64,000 bases of DNA from positions 1 to 64,000 of the IMG/VR virus record IMGVR_UViG_3300047510_001668, one strand, 5' to 3'. This DNA is from a virus. The position numbers and the translations under genes are program-made. Below the pieces are notes generated by a model. That model did not search any database. It saw nothing but the letters and a program-made list of their open reading frames with translations, and was not told the origin of the DNA. Position 1 is the first letter of the stretch. Every line of letters starts with the position of its first letter. Shown here piece after piece: positions 46,984 through 55,275 of the stretch.

Positions 46984-49900
46984 TTAACATCCTGGGTTGT
47001 TTATGTCAATCACCTGACCACCAACGTTGGTTTGTGCATTGTCACCATTGGCATATTGAATGTATTGGCTTGCGATGCTACCTGAGCAATTGCTGTTGGT
47101 GTACAGATAGCAATTGATTCCTAGAGTGAAACAATCAGAGTATGATTGGTATGGATAATTACCCACCTGACAATCATTTATACCAGTCACATATTCAAAG
47201 GATCCAAGGTTGTAACAGGTGACTGCTGAAGGTGTGGGTGATGGTGTCACGCTAGGTGTTGGTGTTACAGGAGGTGTGGGAGATGGCGTGGTGGAAGGTG
47301 TTCTGGTAGGTGTTATGGATGGTGTGATGCTGATGCTAGGTGTGGTGCTTGGTGTCACACTAGGTGTTGGTGTTGGACTTGGGCAGGTGGATGGACCACC
47401 TGTCACCATGTAGGTACCACCATTGTTGCCGTAAGTCCAATATTGTCCGTTGTTTGTGTTGTATCCTACATAACCGCTGGCACCTAGATTGTAATTGACG
47501 GTTAGTGCAGCACTAGTGTACCCAATACAACCTGTGGTGAGTGCGGCAGAGCAGGTTGCATTGAAGTAGATTGGGTCACCATTGCTAGTACAAACCTGAG
47601 TTAAGTCTGTGGATACATCCAACCGTTGACCTTGAGAAGTTGGTGTTGGTGTAGGGGTGGGTGTGCGAGTCACCGAAGGTGTGACACTAGGTGTGGTGGT
47701 GTTACTTGGTGTGACAGTTGGTGTGATGCTTGGTGTCACAGATGGTGTTACCGATGGTGTCACTGTGTTACTTGGTGTTCTGGTTGGTGTGATGCTTGGT
47801 GTTACAGATGGTGTGACTGAAGGTGTGGCAGTGTTACTTGGTGTTCTGGTTGGTGTGATGCTTGGTGTTACAGATGGTGTGACTGAAGGTGTGGCAGTGT
47901 TACTTGGCGTGATGCTAGGTGTGACTGAAGGTGTAGCTGTGGTACTTGGTGTTATGGTTGGTGTGATGCTGATGCTAGGTGTGGTGCTTGGTGTCACACT
48001 TGGTGTTCTGGTAGGTGTTGGTGATGGAGTTGGTGATGGGCAGGTTTCTTGAGTGCCATAAGCTGTGAAATTGCCAGGTGAACCATCATACAAGAAATAC
48101 ACACCTTGTGTTGTGGTGGCATAACCAGCCACTTCAAAGGCAGATGTCAATTGAATATCATTGTACAACTTACAACCAGCTCCAAAATTGGTGTAGCAAG
48201 AAGTGTTCACATACTTTTGCACATATGTGGCACCTGAGAACGCACATATTTGTGTATCAACTTCTGCAAAGTGTGCTAGTTGTCCTGCTGAAGATGTAGA
48301 TGGTGTTACAGAAGGTGTTACGCTAGGTGTCACACTAGGTGTAGCTGTGTTACTTGGCGTGACAGATGGCGTGATGCTTGGTGTCACAGATGCAGTCACA
48401 CTAGGTGTTGCTGTGATGCTAGGTGTGATGCTAGGTGTCACACTAGGAGTAGCTGAAATTGAAATGCTTGGTGTGGTAGATGGTGTGATGCTTGGTGTCA
48501 CTGAAGGTGTGGCAGTGTTACTTGGTGTCACACTTGGTGTCACACTTGGTGTCATGCTAGGTGTTGGTGATGGACAGGTTTGTTGAGAACCGGTTACTTC
48601 GTATGTGCCACCATTGTTCTCATAGCGCCAGTAAGTACCAACAGCGCCAGGCTTATATACCCAACCTGCAATATTAACAGGATTGGTTAGACCAGCGTTG
48701 GTGTATAACCGGCATCCAGCTGATATGGTGGCGGCACAGGTGGGATTGGCGTAGTATGGATCACCTCCATCAAGACAAGCATCCGCTTCAGTGGCAGCTA
48801 ACCGTAGGAAAGCACCTGGTGTTGTTGGTGAAGGTGTGACTGAAGGTGTTTTTGAAGGTGTGACTGATGGAGTTGCTGTTTCAGATGGTGTGATGCTAGG
48901 TGTCACTGAAGGTGTGATGCTAGGTGTCACTGAAGGTGTAGCAGTTTCAGATGGGGTTACACTTGGTGTTGCTGTTTCAGATGGTGTGATGCTAGGTGTC
49001 ACTGAAGGTGTAGCAGTTTCAGATGGGGTTACACTTGGTGTTGCTGAAGGTGTGGCACTTGGAGTTGGTGATGGGCAGAATTGCTTACTACCCACCACTT
49101 GACTGAATGTGTAATCCCAATATTCACCTTGGATGGTTGAAGCGAGACCGTCTACATTGTACACTGTCAACAATTGAATTTCATCATACAACACACATCC
49201 CGCACCAAATGATGCTCCTGCACAACTTGGGCTGGTGTATTTCAATACTGTGGTACCAGTAAGTGAACAAATGTCAGCTTCATAACTGGCAATGTAAACT
49301 CCGGAACCAGCAGGTGATGTGGATGGTGTCACGCTTGGTGTCACACTAGGTGTGGCTGAAATGGATTCAGATGGTGTGATGCTTGGCGTGATGCTAGGTG
49401 TGATGGAAGGACTGGCGCATGTATATGGTCCAAGAATTGCTTCGTAACTTCCACCATTGTTACCATAAGTCCAGTACTGACCCACAGTACTGGTGGTGTA
49501 TACATAACCATCACCTGTGAATGAATTAGTTAACCCTGCATTTGTGTACAACTTACATCCGGTTGTGAAGGATGAGGCACAACTGTTGTTGATGTAATAT
49601 GGGTCACCTTGGTCTGCACATACTTCACCGATTGTGGCTGCAAATCTAGCTTGCAACACACCCGGGCTGGTGGGTGAAGGTGTTGTGGAAGGTGTTCTGG
49701 TAGGTGTTGGTGTTGGATCAGGAGTTACAGAAATGGAAGGTGTTACTGAAGGTGTTATAGATGGTGTTCTGGTAGGTGTTGGTGTTGGGTCAGGTGTAGG
49801 ACATGGCTGTTGTGTACCATAGGCCTGATAGTTACCTGGGCTACCACCATACAGGAAGTACACACCTTGAGTTACCGTGGCATAACCATCCAATTCAAAT

Positions 49901-51219
49901 GGTGTAGTTAAAGCACCATCATCGTACAACTTACAACCAGCTGTGAAGCTAGTGTAACATGTGTTGTTAACATACTTCTGCACATAGGAGGCACCGCTGA
50001 ATGAACAGATGTCAGCTTCATAGATGGCAAAGTGTGCCAAAGAAGCTCCTGCTGATGTGGAAGGAGTTACAGATGGTGTGACAGACGGAGTAGCTGAAAT
50101 GGATTCAGATGGTGTGATGCTTGGCGTGATGCTTGGTGTTGCTGAAGGTGTGGCACATGTGAATGGGCCTCCTGTTACTTCCCAACTTCCACCATTGTTC
50201 TGATAGTTCCAATACGTGCCCACGGTGCTGGTGGTGTATACGTACCAAGGACCAGAGCCAGTTAACTCACCATTATCTACACTATTAGTTAATGAAGGAT
50301 TTGTGTATAGCTTACATCCTATAGTGAATGTCGTGGCACATGAAGCATTCACATAGTATGGGTCACCTTGGTCGGCGCAAGCATCATTGATGGTGTAAGC
50401 CAACCGTGCGACATTGGAGCCATTGGTAGATGGTGTTGGGGTGGGTGAAGGAATTGCGCAAGAAGTTGGTCCGGATAGTACGCCGGATGCCACTTGATAA
50501 TAATTACCTGAACCGTCACCATAATAACCATTAGATGCCATCACACTACAATCAGGTTGTGTGTATGTTTCGATGCCTCCTCCACTCACATAAAGAGTGA
50601 TGGCTACAGGTGCCGCACAAGCAGATGCAATAGAAGCTTGAACCGTGGACACAAGACCCACAGTGGACCCATAACACGGTGTAGGTGTTGGAGTTGGAGT
50701 TAAGCTAATCGTGGGTGATGGAGAAGGACAACTTTGTAATGTTCCATATGTTATGAAATTACCAGGAGTGCCATCATACAAGAAATATGAGCCCTGAGTC
50801 ACCGCGGCATATCCACCCACTTCAAATGGTGTGGTTAAAAGATTATCATCATACAACTTACATCCAGCTGTAAAGCTGTTGTAACATGTGTTGTTTACAT
50901 ATTTTTGTACATAGGTGGCACCTGAGAATGAACATATATCAGCTTCATAAACAGCAAAATGTGCCAATTGAGCGGCAGCACTTGTTGATGGAGTTATTGA
51001 AGGAGTGATGCTAGGTGTAGGAGTGATAGCAAATGTGTGGTCATACCCATAAAACTCACTCATTGCGTGAGGAGCTATTGCATCCGGCTTAGCTGGACTA
51101 TCATTGTTTATCCCGGAGGTAGATAGTGATGCTAAACTGGAATTGGCAGCAGTAGGTGATAATCCCTTTTCAGAGTTGATATCACTGATTTTAATTTCCC
51201 CGCTCGCAACTATGGCCAT
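46984..51219 (-). CDS. Mucin-like virion protein: Cys-rich modules separated by Pro/Thr/Ser repeat linkers
   Basis: Long TPSVTPSITP tracts alternating with about 70-80-aa Cys-containing modules; N-terminal motif shared with 30454..30879. Confidence 0.85.
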   Translation of the reverse strand: MAIVASGEIKISDINSEKGLSPTAANSSLASLSTSGINNDSPAKPDAIAPHAMSEFYGYDHTFAITPTPSITPSITPSTSAAAQLAHFAVYEADICSFSGATYVQKYVNNTCYNSFTAGCKLYDDNLLTTPFEVGGYAAVTQGSYFLYDGTPGNFITYGTLQSCPSPSPTISLTPTPTPTPCYGSTVGLVSTVQASIASACAAPVAITLYVSGGGIETYTQPDCSVMASNGYYGDGSGNYYQVASGVLSGPTSCAIPSPTPTPSTNGSNVARLAYTINDACADQGDPYYVNASCATTFTIGCKLYTNPSLTNSVDNGELTGSGPWYVYTTSTVGTYWNYQNNGGSWEVTGGPFTCATPSATPSITPSITPSESISATPSVTPSVTPSTSAGASLAHFAIYEADICSFSGASYVQKYVNNTCYTSFTAGCKLYDDGALTTPFELDGYATVTQGVYFLYGGSPGNYQAYGTQQPCPTPDPTPTPTRTPSITPSVTPSISVTPDPTPTPTRTPSTTPSPTSPGVLQARFAATIGEVCADQGDPYYINNSCASSFTTGCKLYTNAGLTNSFTGDGYVYTTSTVGQYWTYGNNGGSYEAILGPYTCASPSITPSITPSITPSESISATPSVTPSVTPSTSPAGSGVYIASYEADICSLTGTTVLKYTSPSCAGASFGAGCVLYDEIQLLTVYNVDGLASTIQGEYWDYTFSQVVGSKQFCPSPTPSATPSATPSVTPSETATPSVTPSITPSETATPSVTPSETATPSVTPSITPSVTPSITPSETATPSVTPSKTPSVTPSPTTPGAFLRLAATEADACLDGGDPYYANPTCAATISAGCRLYTNAGLTNPVNIAGWVYKPGAVGTYWRYENNGGTYEVTGSQQTCPSPTPSMTPSVTPSVTPSNTATPSVTPSITPSTTPSISISATPSVTPSITPSITATPSVTASVTPSITPSVTPSNTATPSVTPSVTPSVTPSTSSAGQLAHFAEVDTQICAFSGATYVQKYVNTSCYTNFGAGCKLYNDIQLTSAFEVAGYATTTQGVYFLYDGSPGNFTAYGTQETCPSPTPSPTPTRTPSVTPSTTPSISITPTITPSTTATPSVTPSITPSNTATPSVTPSVTPSITPTRTPSNTATPSVTPSVTPSITPTRTPSNTVTPSVTPSVTPSITPTVTPSNTTTPSVTPSVTRTPTPTPTPTSQGQRLDVSTDLTQVCTSNGDPIYFNATCSAALTTGCIGYTSAALTVNYNLGASGYVGYNTNNGQYWTYGNNGGTYMVTGGPSTCPSPTPTPSVTPSTTPSISITPSITPTRTPSTTPSPTPPVTPTPSVTPSPTPSAVTCYNLGSFEYVTGINDCQVGNYPYQSYSDCFTLGINCYLYTNSNCSGSIASQYIQYANGDNAQTNVGGQVIDINNPGC
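47620..49080 (-). repeat. Largest (T-P-S-x)n mucin-type repeat blocks (about 47640-48040, 48290-48570, 48820-49080)
   Basis: 12-bp-based degenerate tandem DNA with larger near-exact duplications (about 63 nt near 47770-47900). Confidence 0.9.
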
Positions 51220-51231
51220 GAACGACTCCGA

Positions 51232-52656
51232 TTACTTATTGCAATTGCACGTATTATTTTCTACTTTTGTATTTAGTTCCTTGATAGCCTCAATTAATAG
51301 TGCAATCACTTTATCATATCGAACAGCCTTGTAACCATCCCAGCGGTCCCGAACTGCCAACGGAAGAACAACTTCCACTTCTTGTGCCACCAATCCCACG
51401 TCATTTCCTGTGAATCCGTGAACTGATTCTAACTCAGGCTTCCAGGTGTAGGTGACACCATTCATAGCCAACACTTTGGTTAATGCGTCTGTGATGTTGG
51501 TGATGTTGTCCTTCAATCGTGAGTCTGATGTGGAAAATGCCACCACATCACCTGCAGCATCAATTCTTCCATTAGTGCCACTTGGTGTGATGCCAGTACC
51601 AACAGCTAACCCTGTACCTGAAACGTGAACTGCACCATACACGGTTAAGCGACCATTCTGGTCAATCACCATTTTCCTGTGATTGTTGTACATGTCGTTG
51701 CCTGAGATGGTTTGATTGGTGCCACCTGTTGCAGGGATGGTGTAAAATTCAATACCATTACCTCCCACAGATGACAACATCATGGAACCACCATTATTTG
51801 TCCCATCACCTATGACAGTGAAATTTCCTGTGGAAGAATCAAACCCTACATTGTAAGCAAACCCACCTTTGTAATCCATGTTGCTACCACTAGGGTCTGT
51901 TCCAAGACTTCCAAATATAGAAGATGACCCCGCTGATACCGTGGACATGAAAGCAGGGCCTGATGTCAAGGCGGCTGAGGTTGAGAAATAGGAACCTTGC
52001 ACACCACCATACAACAATGCCTTGGGTGTGGTTCCATCAGTGGAAAATGCTAGTGCATTATTGGTGCTGGACTTGATAACTAGATTGCCAGCAGAGCTGG
52101 TGTTGTTGTTCAGCACTCCAAATGTTACACCTGCATCCTTCAAGAACACATCTCCATCTTCTGCATCCAGAATGATGTCTCCTGTGGCGTCCACAGTGAA
52201 GTCTGCTGAAGCGTTCACTTGTGCAATGGTGGGTGTTGTGAGAGTTGGGCTGTTGGCAAACACCACACTGCCTGTACCTGTTTCATCTGTGATGGCAGCT
52301 GCCAATTGTGCAGATGTGGCAACCAATGTGTTGCTACTCAAATTGATGGTCTTGTTGGTGAAGGTTTCACTTCCTGACAATGAAGCCAGTTGCAATGCCA
52401 CAGTGCCATTGTAGAACTTCAAGGTGTTGGAATTGTTCCAAACGTCACCTGCCACAGGGGAGGTGGGATTGGTGGCAGATGATGGAAAATTCACACTGGC
52501 ATTGGCCGCGACCGGTGTGTCCAATGTCAACTTGCCCGTCATCGGGATGGTTCCATCCCGTTCTATCTTTTCTGTGTTCAAGTTGGTGAAGTTGGCATCC
52601 ACCTGTGCATTTGTGAGTGGGCCGCCATTCGTTGCTCTGAGTGTAATTGATGCCAT
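51232..52656 (-). CDS. Tail fibre with S74 chaperone domain
   Basis: MASITLRATNGGPLTNAQVDANFTNLN start; STSDSRLKDN...DVGLVAQEVE...AVRYDKVIALLIEAIKEL. Confidence 0.88.
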   Translation of the reverse strand: MASITLRATNGGPLTNAQVDANFTNLNTEKIERDGTIPMTGKLTLDTPVAANASVNFPSSATNPTSPVAGDVWNNSNTLKFYNGTVALQLASLSGSETFTNKTINLSSNTLVATSAQLAAAITDETGTGSVVFANSPTLTTPTIAQVNASADFTVDATGDIILDAEDGDVFLKDAGVTFGVLNNNTSSAGNLVIKSSTNNALAFSTDGTTPKALLYGGVQGSYFSTSAALTSGPAFMSTVSAGSSSIFGSLGTDPSGSNMDYKGGFAYNVGFDSSTGNFTVIGDGTNNGGSMMLSSVGGNGIEFYTIPATGGTNQTISGNDMYNNHRKMVIDQNGRLTVYGAVHVSGTGLAVGTGITPSGTNGRIDAAGDVVAFSTSDSRLKDNITNITDALTKVLAMNGVTYTWKPELESVHGFTGNDVGLVAQEVEVVLPLAVRDRWDGYKAVRYDKVIALLIEAIKELNTKVENNTCNCNK

Positions 52657-52659
52657 TTC

Positions 52660-52857
52660 TTATACCTTAGTAAGAATTTGTTGTAACATATCTTTGATTT
52701 CCATCAGTTCATGCTTGATGTTGTTCACATCCTGTTCCATGTCCTGAATCTTTTGCATTTGTTGTTTTTTTGCCTTGTGGGCACGTATTGCATTGTCATC
52801 TGTGTTCAACAACGCAGATGTTTTTGGGTCACGAAGAAACGTTTCAGAGTATTTCAT
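52660..52857 (-). CDS. Small coiled-coil protein of T4-like structural regions
   Basis: LRDPKTSALLNTD...DVNNIKHELMEIKDMLQQIL. Confidence 0.75.
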   Translation of the reverse strand: MKYSETFLRDPKTSALLNTDDNAIRAHKAKKQQMQKIQDMEQDVNNIKHELMEIKDMLQQILTKV

Positions 52858-55256
52858 TATGATTGTAGAGCTATCACGCCCATGTTGAACACAGAAGGCA
52901 CAACAGCTGGGTTGGAAGTAATCATGGCAATTTTCACGGCAAATGTTTTGAATGTGCTGTATGTGGATGTACCATCCAATGACTTGTATTGGAAGATGGA
53001 AGGTGAAGAACTATTCAAGCCACCCACTGCCGTGTTTTCATCATTGGCATTCTTTCTCAACACATACTGCCAGTTGGCAAATCCCACGTTGGAGCTGGCA
53101 CGTTCCTTTCTCATCAATGTCCAAACACGTCCTGCCATGCCATTGGTGTCAGCAGCACTCAACAACTTCACATACACACGAACATCTGTTTCAGGGGGAA
53201 TGTCAGCATTCAAGTACACGATGATGTCATCAGCATCTTGATTGTTGGCAAGTTCCACGGTCTTGGTGATGTATTGTCCCACACGAATGGTGGCTTCAGA
53301 AGATGCCACGTTGTCAGCCTTGATGGTTTCACCCACGCTGATGGCCTTGGTGCATTCATCATATAGTTGGAGTGAGGTGTTGCTCAACACACCGTTCACC
53401 ACACCCAACACTTCATCATCATCATTTCGAATCACTGACCCCACCACGACATCTGCTATATAGGTGGATAAGGTGCCTGTGATGATGTTGGAAGATGTGC
53501 TAGTGGTGGCTGTACCAGCCAGTTCATCCGTCAAGGCATCCACGTAGTTTTCCAACAATGTCACATTGGTTTTCTCCACATCAATCATAGGAGAGATGTT
53601 ATCTGTGGTTGCCGTGACTGTGGCTTGTAACATCAAGGTGCCTTCAGTGCTTGGATTCAAGGCAGGAACCAAGGTGCTTTGTTCATCTGAATAGGAGTAC
53701 AGCTTTCTTTCACCACGTGTCACAGCAGAAATTTCTGGGAGTGCTTGATATGTGGTGTCCACACCCGTGGTGTCAAACAACTTGTAATCCCAAGCCACAT
53801 CAGTGGTTTTGAAGTTCAAATAGGATAATCCAGGTGCAATCACGTGAACTACGTTACTGTTCAATGTGATGGTGGTGGTGTTTTTCAGATACACACGGCC
53901 TGCCGCCACAGCCACAGCGGCGTTGGCAGTCAACACCAAACTGGTGTCGTTGGTGATGGTGGAGATGGTGCCAATTGTGGTGCCAGAAGAATTCACCAAC
54001 AGATTGCCTGCAGCCAGTTCTGAGGTGAAGCTGGTGCCGGAACCTGTGACTGTGGTGCTACCTGTGGTGCAAGTGATGGTGCCTGCCAGAGGTTCACTTA
54101 AAATCACCACGGTGTCACCTGCACTGGTCACACCTTCAAAATCACCCGAGGTGACCAACACTTCTGCCACAGAGGTGGTGTCATTGAAATACAATACTTC
54201 ACCTTGTGCTGTGGTGGCATCGACTGACGTTTTTCTCACCAGGATGTCACCTGGCATCAATGTTTCTGTGGAAGGCACTGTGATGTAATCCACTTTCTTG
54301 TTCTTCAGTTCTGCTGTACCTGTCACTGTGTAATCAAATTCTGCTGTGTATAGTGTGAACTTGATGTCACGGTCTGTGTACGACACCCAACTGGAGTTGT
54401 TGTTGGCGATGAACAATGTGCCAATGTTAGGCTGTCTGTCCACGATGGTGGTACCACCCACCACTTGACTTCCCAAACGACCCACCCAGACTTCATAGTT
54501 GTTGTTATCACCTGCAGGAATCAACACAAAAGCATATTCTGTGTTGTTCTTCAGATAGACAGGAGCAGGGAACAAGAACACGGTGGGTGTTGAAGCATCA
54601 TCAGAAGGATTCACATCCTTGGGATGTAGCGTGACTGAAGAATATGGTAGAATGCTGTCTCCAGGAAATCCATCCACAACTTCACGAATTTGTAGTGTGA
54701 TGGGAGCATTATCTGCTGCTGTAGATGACGAACTCAAAGATTCAGGACGAGTCTTGAAATACACATCCATCTTGGTGAGTGCCACACCATGAGGATTGTT
54801 TTGCACCAGGAAGGTTTGAGCGATGGGATCCTTGTAGGAGATGCCAAAGGTTTGTCTGGCTGTGATGGGGTCCTGAACCGTTTGAAAACGACCCACAGTA
54901 AGATTGGGTTGTTGTGTGCTGATGATGTTGCTGGAGTCATAGATGCCAGACTTGTTGGTGACAAATGATACCACTGCATTGGCATCAGCATTAGTGGTAT
55001 CTCCTGTGGAATCATTGGTCAACACAAAGAGATTGTTGCCTGTCAGGAATGTGCCAGAAGGAATTCTGAATTGACCCGTGAGTTCACCATTCACATTGGT
55101 TACTAACGGTTGATTGTACTCCACATCAGAATTCATTTTACAATATTCCGAGACATCCTGATTATCAAAGAAAGGATACACCCGTGTGAAGGGCTTCAAT
55201 CCTTTGGCAGTGAAATCAACAACGCTGCCTCGAATATAAGGTATAATAGTTGACAT
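52857..55256 (-). CDS. Virion structural protein, C-terminal part of DUF4815/VrlC-type baseplate proteins
   Basis: IPYIRGSVVDFTAKGLKPFTRVYPFFD, DPIAQTF...LTKMDVYFK, DRDIKFTLY, FKTFAVKIAM; own SD GGAG. Confidence 0.75.
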   Translation of the reverse strand: MSTIIPYIRGSVVDFTAKGLKPFTRVYPFFDNQDVSEYCKMNSDVEYNQPLVTNVNGELTGQFRIPSGTFLTGNNLFVLTNDSTGDTTNADANAVVSFVTNKSGIYDSSNIISTQQPNLTVGRFQTVQDPITARQTFGISYKDPIAQTFLVQNNPHGVALTKMDVYFKTRPESLSSSSTAADNAPITLQIREVVDGFPGDSILPYSSVTLHPKDVNPSDDASTPTVFLFPAPVYLKNNTEYAFVLIPAGDNNNYEVWVGRLGSQVVGGTTIVDRQPNIGTLFIANNNSSWVSYTDRDIKFTLYTAEFDYTVTGTAELKNKKVDYITVPSTETLMPGDILVRKTSVDATTAQGEVLYFNDTTSVAEVLVTSGDFEGVTSAGDTVVILSEPLAGTITCTTGSTTVTGSGTSFTSELAAGNLLVNSSGTTIGTISTITNDTSLVLTANAAVAVAAGRVYLKNTTTITLNSNVVHVIAPGLSYLNFKTTDVAWDYKLFDTTGVDTTYQALPEISAVTRGERKLYSYSDEQSTLVPALNPSTEGTLMLQATVTATTDNISPMIDVEKTNVTLLENYVDALTDELAGTATTSTSSNIITGTLSTYIADVVVGSVIRNDDDEVLGVVNGVLSNTSLQLYDECTKAISVGETIKADNVASSEATIRVGQYITKTVELANNQDADDIIVYLNADIPPETDVRVYVKLLSAADTNGMAGRVWTLMRKERASSNVGFANWQYVLRKNANDENTAVGGLNSSSPSIFQYKSLDGTSTYSTFKTFAVKIAMITSNPAVVPSVFNMGVIALQS

Positions 55257-55275
55257 TATTTGCTAGGCTCCTGGA

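Noticed and set aside
47219-49822. Plus-strand GV-repeat ORFs and CRISPR-like periodicity in the mucin gene
   Set aside because: The periodicity is the in-frame 12-bp TPSx coding repeat. There are no unique spacers between identical repeats and no cas genes.
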